Below, in pieces: positions 22,678-35,521 of a DNA stretch of 64,000 bases. Under the pieces are notes generated by a model, which saw nothing but the letters and a program-made list of their open reading frames with translations, had not been told where the DNA came from and ran no database searches. A program made the position numbers and the translations under genes. Origin of the DNA: Leptogorgia sarmentosa (taxonomy: Eukaryota); contig OZ210885.1 of NCBI GenBank assembly GCA_964658305.1, positions 19,778,001-19,842,000 of the forward strand, read 5' to 3'. Position 1 is the stretch's first letter; every line of letters begins with the position of its first letter.

Positions 22678-25600
22678 CAGGCCTGAAAATAATTTTTCCA
22701 AGGGCACCTGACAAAGTGTCAGGCCCCAATTACTTGGTGCCTGACACTGTGTATCTTGTGCCTGACATAAAATTCCAGCCAATAAATTGATATATACTGT
22801 TTCATCACGATTATTATCACAATCATGCTGAATTATGTTAATGTTAAAAATACACCTTAATGAGCATTGGTATCATAGTAATCATACATACAGTATAATT
22901 CATATTAAGTGTACACTTCATAATCATTTGAATGTTTTGTTCACTATGCCAACTAAAATAACAGTAAAACTCAAATTACTAGAAACCATAAAAATCTTCA
23001 GAAGAATGTGAATCATCAGAAACCCTATTGTCATTATTGTCAATGTCATTAGCTACTACAGTACTACAGGCAACTTGTACTGGGACTTTGGGGCAGCATG
23101 TATGCCATGTTGCTGTTGGAATTGGATCACACTAGAGTCACTACTACAGCTAACAGCTTGAGTCTGTGATATCTTCAACAGAAGATTCCTCATCTGAGGT
23201 ACCGCTACTTGTACTGCTAGTGCTAGTAGCATCAACTGAAGAGAATAGATTAGTGTAATTTTCCTCATCGTGGTATTTCTTTGGCTTCTGTTTTCTTTGT
23301 TTGTACTTCTTCCTTTTAGTTTGGTTAGGTCTCCTAACTTTGCTGTTACTCCACAGTTTAACTACAGGAGTTACATCAAAAGAGCCAAGTATTGGACCTT
23401 CTTCTTTGATTCTGAGCAAGTTAGTTAGTCTTTTTTCACTCAGAGAACATCTTAAATCAGTTTTTGTTCGCTGCATGTTTGAAAACATGCGTTCCAGTTT
23501 GGCATTCGACACTGGAATAGAAAATAGCAATTCAACCAAGGTAAGAATGTTCTTCCATTTTGTTAGTGCATAGGAAGACTGGAAAAGAAACCTCCATGTT
23601 TTCCTGTAGTTGTGCTTGTTTGGCTGTAGGTAATTGATACTATAGGTAAACAAGTCATGCCATTCAGCAACAAGTTCTGTACACAAACACTCAACACCAG
23701 CATTACCCAAGACTCCCTGAAAATGCTCAAACAATCTGCTGATTTCAGTATCAAATGTTCCTTCATTAAATTTGGGGCAGGGGCTTTCCACTTCATCTTC
23801 TTCATTATCTTCTTGTGGTAGAGAAGCTTTTGCCATCCATGACTCAGTATTTAAAACAAGGGCAATGTCCTGTAAGGTAGAACTTCCTGAATCATCCAAT
23901 CGTGTAGAAATACAAGCACATATGGATTCAGTTATTTTGTTTTTGTTTGCTTTTAGCAATTCCAGTTCCCTTTCAAACTGGATAGAACTGAATTGAATGC
24001 CTTGGTATGTGTGTGTTCCATCAGCGCTGTTAACTTTGCTCAAGAGATGCTTGGTGGCAGGAAGATCTTCTAAGCTCAGCTTGCTGTACAGTTGAATTTT
24101 ATACTTGGTTCTATTCAGAGCACCGGTAGCACCCACAATATCTATGTCATCTTCTTGGAATATCTTTGATAACTCTGCAGCAGGGGTTAACACGTCAATA
24201 AAAAATGCAATGTACAATACCATTTTACTGGTTTTCCACTTTCTTAAATGCCCAATAAGTTTAGCATTGCCTTCCTCTTGGGCCAGATTTTCCAAATGCA
24301 TCAGATAAATTCCAAATTTATCAAGTACTAATCTTAATGCTGCTAGCTTGAATGAAATCCAACGTGTTCCATTTGCTCGTTTTGGTTTCAAGGATCCTTC
24401 AACAAAGTCAAATGTATTTTTCAGTTGTTCATGAAGAGCTTTAAGCTCATGTAGTTTCTTGGGAGACTTGCGATAAAGAGAATACAGGCGTGTAAGCATT
24501 TTCTCAACCTGCTTGAAAAATGTTGGCTGGAGTGCATCCTTTAGGGCAAGTTCCAATCTATGAGCCACACACCATTGGAAAATTAACCAGGGTGACTTTT
24601 CTTGCAACAAAGCCTTTACACCATTTTTGTCACCACTGTTTACAGAAGCTCCATCAGCACCAAACCCAACGAGCTTAGAATAAAGTACATTCTTAGAGAT
24701 TCCCAAAGAAGCAAAACTGGATTCAATAGCTGACTGAATACCAGCAGCATTGGCCTTCTTCACATCTTTCAGAGAAAGAAATGCCAGTTTGAGTCCAACT
24801 TTTTCTCCAATTGTTTTTGGATCAAAATAGAGTACATAGACAAGCTCCTTTTCTGTAACACTGCGGTCAGTGGAACCGTCTGTTAGTACACTGTAAAACT
24901 TTGCTTCTTTCAGATCGTTTGCCAGTTTATTTGCTAGGTATTCTCCGTGGTAATCGATAAACTCTGTACATTCAATACGGTTTATATACGCATCACCAAT
25001 GTCAACACCATGGTGTTTTTCTAGAGTAACTAGTTCTTCATACATAGTGAATGGAAGTTCCTTTTTTGCCACGAAATACGCAAGTTCGAATTTCTTTTTC
25101 ATCTGCTCTTGCTTTAATTGTGACATTTTGGCAAATCCTTCGACAACAGTTGGTTGTTTGTGTTCAGGCATTAGTTTCTTCGGCATCTGTAATGACTCTC
25201 CTGTACCAGTGCGAAGCTCGTTAGCATGTAATCGGAAAGCCCGAATGTGACAATTTGTATTTGCGTGATCTTTTGCATTCGATAACTTGAAGTTTTGTGA
25301 TCCAATTACCCAGGCATTTGAGAAATCCTTCATAACGCTTAGCTGCTGCTTATACTTTTGGCACAGCTTACAGTACAGCTTTACCACGTGCCCCTGCTGG
25401 CTAGCGTCGTAGTGAAGCCAAATACTTGCATTGTCTTTGGCAAGATCTTCGTTGATCCATCGCTCAACCGTTGTTACTCTCAATACGCGTTTCTTCTTAC
25501 TTGTGGAATCCTGCTTTAGAAGTTCCTCGTTGTTTACACGGGAATTTGTAGCGGAAGGACTATGAGATTCGCTGCAATTTACGGAATCACAAGCTTTTTG

Positions 25601-26033
25601 AAAAAAGTCAGTGATGCGTGAAGCCATATTTTGTCAAATTCCAATGCCGGCGTGGTCGTGCGATCACCAACCGCGCGACCGAACATCAGACTGGGAGTCT
25701 GGGGGATACTCAGGTCTCCTGTAAATGATGTAAAGTTTTCGGACGAAGATGGCCAATTCATGAACGTCAAACTGAATTGGATTTCAACTTGGAAACTCGT
25801 CACAAAGGTGGTCAAGATAGCGGCAGTAGCTTGCTGTATTATTCAGCAACTATATTTAGACATGTATCTCTGACTTCGTTTTAGTAAAATGTATATTTAT
25901 TGATGCGAATACAGTTTGTAAAGTATCAGCAAACAGTGCCGGACAAACTGTCCGGCAAAAAAGCAATTGTGCCTGACAGTTGCCCTTTTTGCACCAGACA
26001 ATGTCCGTGTCCGGCCGCTTATTTTCAGGCCTG
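22678..26033 (-). mobile_element. Intact autonomous hAT transposon
   Basis: Perfect 15-bp TIR CAGGCCTGAAAATAA; perfect 8-bp TSD GTGAGTAA (22670-22677, 26034-26041). Confidence 0.95.
23150..25627 (-). CDS. hAT transposase, 825 aa (ZNF862-like subgroup)
   Basis: Uninterrupted ORF with LYCKLC...H...CH finger, TDGSTD, GADGASVN, WCVAHRLEL, GTRW, PVSNAKLERMFS. Confidence 0.93.
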   Translation of the reverse strand: MASRITDFFQKACDSVNCSESHSPSATNSRVNNEELLKQDSTSKKKRVLRVTTVERWINEDLAKDNASIWLHYDASQQGHVVKLYCKLCQKYKQQLSVMKDFSNAWVIGSQNFKLSNAKDHANTNCHIRAFRLHANELRTGTGESLQMPKKLMPEHKQPTVVEGFAKMSQLKQEQMKKKFELAYFVAKKELPFTMYEELVTLEKHHGVDIGDAYINRIECTEFIDYHGEYLANKLANDLKEAKFYSVLTDGSTDRSVTEKELVYVLYFDPKTIGEKVGLKLAFLSLKDVKKANAAGIQSAIESSFASLGISKNVLYSKLVGFGADGASVNSGDKNGVKALLQEKSPWLIFQWCVAHRLELALKDALQPTFFKQVEKMLTRLYSLYRKSPKKLHELKALHEQLKNTFDFVEGSLKPKRANGTRWISFKLAALRLVLDKFGIYLMHLENLAQEEGNAKLIGHLRKWKTSKMVLYIAFFIDVLTPAAELSKIFQEDDIDIVGATGALNRTKYKIQLYSKLSLEDLPATKHLLSKVNSADGTHTYQGIQFSSIQFERELELLKANKNKITESICACISTRLDDSGSSTLQDIALVLNTESWMAKASLPQEDNEEDEVESPCPKFNEGTFDTEISRLFEHFQGVLGNAGVECLCTELVAEWHDLFTYSINYLQPNKHNYRKTWRFLFQSSYALTKWKNILTLVELLFSIPVSNAKLERMFSNMQRTKTDLRCSLSEKRLTNLLRIKEEGPILGSFDVTPVVKLWSNSKVRRPNQTKRKKYKQRKQKPKKYHDEENYTNLFSSVDATSTSSTSSGTSDEESSVEDITDSSC

Positions 26034-26244
26034 GTGAGTAATGAGTACGAAATGATGCAATAAGTTTTTACCCTGGGCTGTTGTTTACTTTACTTACTTT
26101 TCTAAGACATCCAACTTGGTATATATCTTTGTTCTCTAGGCTTTTCTTCATTGGGATATTACTGAGAAAATGTTCAATCTTTGGTTTCTGTGCCAATCTG
26201 ATGATATTTTCTGATGTATGCAAGCAATGTGAGAAACAATCAAA

Positions 26245-26410
26245 GTTTCAGATATGCAGCATATAGGCAGTATGTCTCATGGTAACACAGAAGACTGGGA
26301 AGGGGAAACAGGAGAGTTGTTCCAAGTTGCTGTTATAGCTATTCGCAGGTGTTATCCTTCACCCAATGGTGTTTACACAGGATATAGGCCTGCACGACTT
26401 TAGATTTACA
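26245..26410 (+). pseudogene. Kolobok accessory-protein fragment (P2X7 C-terminal-like Cys-rich domain)
   Basis: FRYAAYRQYVSW*HRRLGRGNRRVVPSC/AIRRCYPSPNGVYTGY; convergent with Kolobok transposase pieces. Confidence 0.75.
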
Positions 26411-26832
26411 CGGTGTATTTTATGTTCTACTTGTCAATAGTTATTAGACATCTTTTTTAATGCTTATTTTGCATGATTAGAACTCCAGGATGACAAAATT
26501 TATTACAACATTTACACAGCACTACAACAATTTGAAATTGAATTTTTCAATAAATGTAGAATTTGGAAATGAGAAAAGTAAAAATTTTAATTCAGCCCAG
26601 TCAGCCAAGATTTTCATGAAAAAGATGTTTTATAACTCGTTGTACATGTAATAGCAGTACATTCTAGATTCTTGCCAGGGGCGGATCAAGCTTGCGCTGG
26701 GCCCCTGGCACAAAGGTCACTGGGGCCCTTGGCTGATCCCCCCCCCCCGAAAAAGACTATGCATAGAAAGATATCAGAAAAATTTTATAACCAAAATAGT
26801 ACTATTTACAAACAACGTTTCTGCCAAATATT

Positions 26833-29130
26833 TTACAAAAAAGGAACTTTTCTAGCCTTTGCAGAGGCAAAATCATTTGCCAGCTTTGAGAAGTCAAGCG
26901 AACGTAAACTGTCTGATTCCATACTCATCAGTGATAGACCACTTAAGCGTGTTTGTCCCATCGTGCTAAGCGAAACGCTCTTTACGCGTTTTAGTTTCGA
27001 GAACGAGCGCTCCCCTGTGCAATTACTGACCATCATGGTGAGATAGATCCTCAACGCAATTTCCACATTTGTGAAGGTTTCACTTAATTCATTATTTTTG
27101 AGATTGAGGAACATCAATAGTTCAATGGACCTCTTCTCGTCTTCCTTTTGCTTGACTCTCATCTTCCTAACAATTGAACCAGGCTGCAACGGCTCGAAGA
27201 AGTAATACACAAACTGGACTAGTTCATTGGGGAAGGTTTCTTCTAAATCGTCTGGATAGGCTTCAACAAGCTTTCGGGCACAAGCCTTCACATCCTCGTC
27301 GCAAATACTGCTAAGCTGCGAAAAGAAGCCAAATCTCTCAGAAACGGTCTTGTAGCCAACGATTCTTTGTTTCAAAGCAGCACAGACGTGGTCAATAATC
27401 GCGAAAAACACTTCCATGCGAAATTTGATGCCGCCTTGCAGAATTGTATCCTCCGCTGCACCTTCGTCACCCTGGAAGATTCGTCGATTTCGTTTACGGG
27501 TACGTCTTGAAGCATCTGTGTACTCACTATGGCCGCACATTTCTACGGCTTTCTTCTCATAATCGTTGAATTTCTCCCGTAGTTGCTGTACGAATAGCAA
27601 AAGCGAATCCAGCAAATTTACAGCACAATTCAAGTATAAACCGGCTTTCTGCAGTGAACAACTTGTTTTCTGGAACTGTTGTAGTATGTCGTTCCACAAT
27701 TGAAGTAAAATTGCAGTTTCAAGTTTTTCAAGATGGTTGAGAAGACCGGTCACCTTGTTTCTTGTTTCTTGTTTCTGCGGATTGTTCCGAGTCAGCTGCA
27801 ATTTCTTCCAAGGCATTTTTGTTCTGCTCGTAGCCATTCCTCAGTGCTTTCACCGCATCACCTTGCGCGGACCAGCGTGTCTCCAACAAAGATTTGTCAA
27901 CAGGCAGTCCCTCGAGATGCTTCTTTAGAATTGCCCAGCGATGAGTGGATGCTGAAACGAAGTTGTAGAGACTCTGAATCAGGTTGTACATTTCACTGGC
28001 CAACAAACAAGCTTCTGTAGCGTGTTTCCCAACCAAATTGAGCGAATGAGCAGAACAAGGAACATATTTGGCATATGGTGAACATGTTCGAATAACAACG
28101 AATTGTCGTACGATTGTCCACGGCACAGTTCAATAGAAATGCCCTGCTCAGCCAGAAACTTCAGCAAGTGATTGGCGATTTGGACTATGCATTGGTAGAA
28201 ACGTAGGAAAACGCTCAACAGGACCAGTGGATGTAACGTATCGGACTGTTACTGTTAGTTGATCCATGTGCGTTACATCCGGGGTTGAATCAACAGATAC
28301 GGAATAGTGGATAGATGATTTGACTTCTTCTACAATGGTGGAAAGAACTTGTTTGCGCATGAGTTCTATAAGCTCTTCACAAATAGATGAAGACAAATAG
28401 GAGGCATGTCCTTTGCCTTGGTTGCCGTGCATTTGAATGTGCTGGGCCAGAAAGGGGTCATATTCAGCCAGAAGCTCAACAATCCCTAAGTAATTGCCAT
28501 TGTGTACTGAGCCAACCAGCTCGTCTTTACCGCGAAAGGCTAGACCATGCTTGCACAAAAACGTAACAATGCTAATCAGTCGATTTAGCAAATCTCGACC
28601 ATAAGGCACTTCATCCTCGTCTTGTTTAACCAATGCTGCATCAACGGTGGCCCCTCGCAACTTCCGTGTGCGCAGGGAAATCATAGCTTCGCGATGGCCT
28701 GCACTGTTTTCATGATGGGAGATCTGTTCACCCGCATGTTTCCAGTCATTGTATCCAGTGACAAACTGAGAGCTGAATTTCTGAGGCATTACTTTGCATG
28801 CAAAACAGTATATCCGTCCGGTTATCTTCGAGCACAACCATTTGCGGTCAATTTTCTCACCTGTGCGAGGAATTTTCGTGAAATATGAAAGCTGACAGTA
28901 GCGATCAATCTTTTCGCTTACCGAGATTGTCAATGTGTCAACAGTCATCCCTTCCACGTGCAATCCAGAAGCTACGCATATCATCGGGTAGTTCATCGGG
29001 CCAAGCACCAAGATCGTTTGGGAAATTGTTCCAGTGACAGCCAGATGCTAACGATGCTTGTTCTTTCGACTCTTTGTTATCCTTAGCCTCATTCCGAATT
29101 TCTTCGGTTGCGGTTTCACTGACAGTGACA
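26833..29130 (-). pseudogene. hAT transposase (ZMYM1-like subgroup), multiple frameshifts
   Basis: IYCFAC, GLAFRG, VDSTPDVTHMDQL, GQSYDN, PCSAHSLNL, ETRW and SNCTGERSFSKLK spread across four frames. Confidence 0.9.
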
Positions 29131-29787
29131 TCTTTATCAACAGCCGTCTTGCCCTCAACGTCGACGGCTATGGAGCTTTCACCAATGCAACCGAAATTGT
29201 ATTTCTGCTAAGACCTGAGGCAAAACATATCAGTTTAGCCTCGGGGGGGAGAACTGCTGGAGAACAGTTCTCGCTATGGTGCAATTACATGCAATCCATG
29301 CCACCTACGCGTCCGACAGCTCAGATTACATTTAACACGTTTTGATATGACAGCTAGGAAGCCAGACAAGTGTAAGTTAAAATGTCATAAACAACCTGAT
29401 TAGAACAACAGTTGCGTTTGTGACACCACAGGGTGACACAAAATATGAATATGATTGTAGTGCAGTAACCAAGAGTCTGTATTAATTCCAAGCTGCCTGT
29501 TACTTTTAACTGGTTACTTTGCCAAAGTTTTAAAAAAGGATAAAAAGCTAGCTGTTATCACAACCAATAACAGTAAAAATAGAAGCTTGTTTACACCGAC
29601 AAAAGAGAAAAATCTCAGGACAAATTGCTAGAGTAATTATAGGGCCTACAATCACGCACTGATAAATACATCCTACTGGGGCCCATGCTGGTGTGACGGG
29701 TCCGAGTTTAGTCAACAATCTTTACCCTTATATACCCACGTATACCGTATTATACCGAGAAATAAAATCAAACAAAGTTTAAGTTGA

Positions 29788-29980
29788 TAGCCTGTGTAGG
29801 CCGTAGCAGCGTAGCCGCCGCTATTATTTTGGGCTAAATATACAAAAGGGCACGGGGCACGGGGCCCCGCCAGCATCACAAACCGTATTTGTTGTTCGTG
29901 CGCAAGGCATACTTGCTGCACTTGCACGTCTATATATTTAACACATACTCATAGTGGAGCTGGGGCTGCTACACAGGCTA
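29788..29980. mobile_element. MITE with TAGCCTGTGTAG termini (Academ-like ends)
   Basis: TAGCCTGTGTAG ... CTACACAGGCTA inverted termini; TSD not clear. Confidence 0.55.
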
Positions 29981-30174
29981 ATAGATCAATGACCTGCGAC
30001 CGTCACTACACTAAAAAAATTGGCTTTGGGAAGTGCGGGGCCCCTCAAAGCGCGGGGCCCCTGGCACCTGCCCATACTGCCCCCCCCTTGATCCGGCACT
30101 GATTCTTGCTAATATTGACAAATCAGCACAAACCTGTAATGATATTTATATTTTATGATCTTGAAACAATTTAA

Positions 30175-33100
30175 GAGGGCTTGTCAGTAAATATCAAACA
30201 AGACTGGCCAACCTTCAAATATCATTTTTGCCCATAATTCCAGGAATTATAGGCCTAAGTATCCCAAGAATTGCTGTGTAGTTAATTTGATGAAACATTG
30301 CTTTTTAGAGAAGAAATTCGCATTTCTTCGACGACAGTTGGCAATGCTATTTTTAGCCCCTACAATTTACTGCACTTTAGCTGCTTCAACACAAGAAAAT
30401 ACTGATTCTATGCACTTAAAACTACCTCAATCTACTAGTACAATTCTCACTCGACAGAAATGGGTTATCATGGCCTAAAGAAGTGATCAGCAAGCTTAAG
30501 CTGGCCAAACGTTATTTTAAGGAAGATTACAAGGTTACTGTTAATTCTTTACGGATTTTTACTAATCAAGTACAGTACATCTAGCATTACGCCGAGAATG
30601 TATATTTCAGTTAAGTGTTGTAAATCTATCCATCAGATCGATATTTTATAGGTTCATGTAACATGGAGCTCAAGAGTGCCTGATCACTGCAGACCCTATG
30701 CTTTGAGCCAGGGTAATGACAAAGCCTATTCAAGCACATGCGATCACCAGCGTGATCTAGATTGTGACAGATGCAACCTCTTCCCAACTGCTGTAGGAGA
30801 AATTGAGTCTGTGTTGGACAAAGCGATTCTCATACGAGAGTAGTAGAGCAATCAAAGAAAAATGTTGATGCATGGAAAAAACATTTGTTACGATCTGTCA
30901 ATCAGGATGAAGGCCGCATCGATATGCTAAATATATGCTAAATATCTTAGAAGAAGACAAATCAATGCAGATGCTAACCCTTGTCCATATTTTCCAGAAG
31001 AGTAACCAAGACAGCTTTTTTGTTTTTGCAGTGATTGATGATGTTATCCAGCAGCTGAAGCAGGTGATGCCACAATTAAAATCTGTAAAGTTCACACAAG
31101 GCAACGATGGGTGCTATCACAGCGGAATTACTATACTTGGAGTACGAGAACTTGGCATAAAACACAATGTCGACATTCGGATGGATTTTTCCGATCCACA
31201 AGTGGGTAAAGGTTCATGTGATCACAAAGCCGCCAACAGTGAAGAATCACTTGCGATCTTACCGCAGCTCTGGCAATGGTATATCAAATGCAGCTCGGAT
31301 GAAAACCGCGATAGAATCAGTAGGTGGCGTCCGTAGTGTGAGAGCTGTACTTTGTGGTCCCTTAACGATTCCTGATGCAGGTCCTTTCGGAAGATGGGAG
31401 GGTGTGAGCTTTATCAATGATATTGAGTTCAAGGATGAGCATATGAAGGTCTGGAGAGCATACGGTGTCGGAGTAGGTAAAGAAATACCATACAGAAAGC
31501 AGACCCTGACAATGTCTCTAAGTCAATGAGATGGATCATCTCTATTTAAATCTGACGAGTATCTGACATCCAAACAGATTGCAAGTTTTTTTTCTCGTTT
31601 GTTGTCCAAGAAATCTGTTCCAGAAGTTAATAGTACAAGTGATAATGATGATGAGGACGACAATGATAATGACTTATCGTCAGTGAAGGAGTATCACTGG
31701 ATTCGAGATGATATTTTAAATGAGATTTCCCTTAACCATCCAATTATCTACGACTCATACAACATTTGTGAAATGGCAGCAACCTCCAAGCTCCCCAAAT
31801 TTTCAATAGCAATGCTGCAAGTAATATGTAGATATTTTGAACTAGATAAATCTAGACTGCAGCAGAAAAGAAAGAAGCCATATGTAGATAGGTTAGTGAA
31901 CTTAGTCCAATCATGTACGTGCAATTCACCAATTTAAGCCTTAAACTTTGGCCCTCAAAAATTGTTTAGTACAATACTACAGAAAACCCAATATAAGTAT
32001 TTGTATAGTAATTGTATGATAATGTTTTTGAAGAAATTTAGAAAGTAAAGCTCCTTCTTAACCAATCTGTTGTTGTGCGATCTGAGAGATTTTCAGGGGA
32101 ATGAATGAAATAGCTATTGAATGAAAATTTTCACAAAAGGAAATTGAAGAAAGTTAAAGAGGAAGTTGCGTTGCAAAGATTGGTTTGTTGTTTATTTTAA
32201 TATTTACGGTATTTATTTAGTATATTAGATTCATTTAAGGCCGCCGCACACGAGCGCACTTGTCGCGCCCACTTGTTATTCATAACAAGTTGGATCGACA
32301 TAATACCCTGGTGTGTGGGCAACATTTAACGGCATTTTCGTCATTGGTGACATGTAAACCAAATATCAAACACAACCAAATATCAAATGTGTTTGATATT
32401 TTTCGTCATTCGTGACAAAAAAATTCTCGTGTGTGGCCAACAAGCGGCAAGTGAGCCTGAACTGGAAGATCTGCGCATGCATGTATTATGCACAATTAAA
32501 AACAACATGGCGGATGAGAACATAAACATTGATGAAAATCACGATTCCGAAGACGATTCCGAAGACGAAAAAGCTTTACTTTTAGTCCTTCTGCTGCGAA
32601 GACGTCGGAGGCATTTAGGGACAGCCCATCGTCTTCGCAGCAGAAGGAGTAAAAGTAAAGCTTTTTCGTGTTTAGAATCATCTTCGGAATCGTGATTTTC
32701 ATCAATGTTTATGTTTTCATCCGCCATGTTGTTTTAATTGTGCATAATACACCCATGCGGAGATCTTCCAGTTCATGCTCACTTGCCGCTTGTTGGCCGC
32801 ACACGAGAATTTTTTTGTCACAAATGACGAAAAATATCAAACACGTTTGATATTTGGTTTACATGTCACGAATGACGAAAATGCCGTAAATGTTGCCCGC
32901 ACACGAGGGTATTTTGTCGATCCAACTTGTCACAAATAACAAGTGGGCTCGTGTGCAGCGGCCTTTACATTTTCGTTTTTTCATGCAACTGCTGAATCAT
33001 ATGAATAATTTCAGTTAAAATCAGTGCTTGTCAATCAGAAAACACACTAACCTGATATGGATAGGATATACTGTTTCAAAACTGTTGACAGGCCAGGAGT

Positions 33101-33829
33101 ATTTATGAGATGTTTTGTATAAGAAAGTCACTGTTTAAATGCTACTTTGGAGTACTTTCAGAAATAAACATGTAAGTACTTTGTTCTTAATAGTACTGAT
33201 TTGATTTAAATGTTACAAATATCAATCGAGACTCTTTTGTTTATACGATAAACACATGGATTTTGTCTCGTGTAAAGTGATGGCATGTGTCAAGGGTGAG
33301 CAATATGAACCAACTTTGGGAAGCAATAGCGTAACACACAGTCATTTGCCCAAAGTAATCTTTATATCAATCGAAAGAACATTATTTAGACTTGAGATTA
33401 GCAACGTTTCAAGGCATTCAAAACTTAAGCACATTCACAATATGAATTTATGTAAAACATACTTTTATCAACTTGTTTTACCTGTCTTGCGAATAAGATT
33501 AATTTCAGAGGTCAGAATTGCTCTATTGACTCAAGTCGCACAATCTGTTGAGTGAGAATTGTACTAGTAGACTGAGGTAGTTTTAAGTGCATAGAATCAG
33601 TATTTTCTTGGGTTGAAGCCGCTAAAGTGCAGTAAATTGTAGGGGCTAAAAATACAGCATTTCCAACCATCTTCGAAGAAATGCGAATTTCTTCTCTAAA
33701 AAGCAATGTTTGATCAAATTATCTACATAGCAATTCTTGGGGTACTTAGGCCTATGATTCCTGGAAATACGAGCTAAAACGATATTTGAAGGTTGGCCGG
33801 ACTTGTTTGATATTTACTGACAAGCCCTC
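30175..33829 (+). mobile_element. Sola3-type DNA transposon, internally deleted
   Basis: TTAA TSD (30171-30174, 33830-33833), GAG...CTC termini, ~285-bp TIRs; transposase remnants QGNDGCYHS and DFSDPQVGKGSCDHKA at 30650-31937. Confidence 0.85.
32238..32964. mobile_element. Palindromic PIF/Harbinger-type MITE
   Basis: TTA TSD; AGGCCGCCGCACACGAG...CTCGTGTGCAGCGGCCT; arms reverse-complementary over nearly the whole length. Confidence 0.85.
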
Positions 33830-34004
33830 TTAAACTTTAATAAACATCTTTGGCACTGTTTATCAAGTAGCTTCTTGATTCACTTGGTCGGCTGTTTAGT
33901 TCTATATCAGAGCTCATGAGCATGCCTAGGAAACACGGACAATATTTTGATCTATGTCAATGAATCCAACATGGACAGCCTGACCCAAAAGTGGGGTGTC
34001 GGGG

Positions 34005-34180
34005 TTTAGAATCAGAGTTTTCCTTCCCCTAAATAGACTGCCTACCAGGGCTTACGAGCTCCATCTACCCGGAGTGATTCTGGCTTATTAAAACCTTGAT
34101 TGGTGGATTTCAACAAGTGTTTGTACTGCAGGGGGATGAACAGCTCCCAGAGACAGAACAGATCCCAGTGGGATCTTCAC
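34005..34180 (+). mobile_element. Possible RTE-type LINE 5'-end remnant
   Basis: TCAGAGTTTTCCTTCCCCTA...CTGCCTACCAGGGCTTACGAGCTCCATCTACCCG resembles RTE 5'-UTR sequences as recalled; unverified. Confidence 0.35.
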
Positions 34181-35521
34181 ACGGCACTCCAATTCTTTAA
34201 TTGATAATTCCCGCAGAACTTATCCTCTTCTTAAACACTTTCAACATCAGCTGTGGGATATATGTGTAGGATTTTGGTTCCAGAACATGAACATGGCACC
34301 ATTGCTGGGTTCGTTTACTGAACTTCAGTCCAAACCCAAGAAAGAGTTTAGCTGTAATATAAATTTTACCAAATAATTTAGATGTAATTGACATGCAATT
34401 GAATTGCAGAAATGATGTACAATCACAGTGTAAAACATTACTTTGGTTGACCATCAGCCGTAGTTGCATAAAAAATGCCTGCCAATGCATGCCAAAATAA
34501 TTTACCCTTTGCCGTAAAATACATTAATGATTAATTACATTATTATATCAAGCGCACACTATATGGCATAAAAGGCCCTATATAACACAAAAAGGGCACA
34601 AATCTAATCGAAAAAAAGGGCACATTTTCTCGTTTTCAAAAATTTCTGTGGCCCTTGGTGCTGCCAATTGGTTTCTGGCACGATATACTGGAAATCTGCA
34701 GTAAAGAGGATTGTCATTACAACCAGCAAACCCTATATTACAGTTAGGTTGAACAAATTAGCTGACTACCTGGCAGTCTTCTTTCAGTAAAATCACCTGA
34801 CATGAGACATACCAGTATTGAAATATCAATTTGGCATGTCTCAGAAGAACATATATGCTTAAGTATGTACTTACAAGTAGGCATGGCGATTTGGAGCATA
34901 CATGAGAATGATATTATGAAAAGACTCCAGAATGGGCCACTATGTCTATGAATTCAGAAAATGAAACAGTCATTAGATGGCAGTCAGCATAAAAAAGGTG
35001 TTGAGTAAATAAATTGAAACTTGAAAGTTGTCTTTTGACATGCTGTGAACAATCACAAAAATTTCAACAAAGGCTAAGATTTGAAGTGAGGGTATGAAAT
35101 ATAATATGAAATGTCATATTCATGGTATAAACAAAATTATGTAACTGTTCTAAACAGTTGAGTAATTATGACTATTTAAAATACCTCTTCTGTCAAGGGA
35201 TCATGTGAAAATTTCCCTGCATTTACACCTTCCTCCAACACCCATTTCATGCTCTTTAACAACATGATGCAAGATGCCTACCCATTTATCCGACGACGTG
35301 AGGCCCAGGCGATGGAGTTCATAACCGAAAGGGACTGGGTTGAGAATGTGCCCCGTCCAATGTCACATTGACTGAATTTCTACATTGTGCAGTTCGTGAA
35401 CTTCATAGAATGACCACTGTTGTTTAAGAATTTTCGCACGAAATGTACTGTGTTCAGGAAATAAGAAAACAGAAAAGCAAATTCTTTATAGACATTACAA
35501 ATACACGTTTTGCAATCTCCA

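Larger units (their letters stand above)
20750..26225 (-). mobile_element. 3' portion of CACTA/EnSpm-like element, copy A (interrupted by a MITE and a hAT)
   Basis: Begins TAAAAATGAACAACTTGTTCAAGGTTGATAACAGCATTGAACAACATTGTTC, as at 51661; 22060-22630 plus 26083-26225 are collinear with 51720-52232; last exon LVHDCENGNC...IERE...VHGTDHNYYLLNK at 21663-22043. Confidence 0.75.
26676..30101 (-). mobile_element. hAT transposon, full length with frameshifted transposase
   Basis: TIRs CAGGGGCGGATCAAG / CAGTGCCGGATCAAG; perfect 8-bp TSD ATTCTTGC (26668-26675, 30102-30109). Confidence 0.93.

Noticed and set aside
23150..25627. Domesticated ZNF862-type host gene
   Set aside because: Perfect TIRs and TSD show it is a mobile element
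26245..26410. P2RX7 receptor gene
   Set aside because: Only the Cys-rich tail-like motif, with a stop and a frameshift; no channel exons; Kolobok context
32387..32850. ORFs on both strands as genes
   Set aside because: Mirror products of the palindromic MITE
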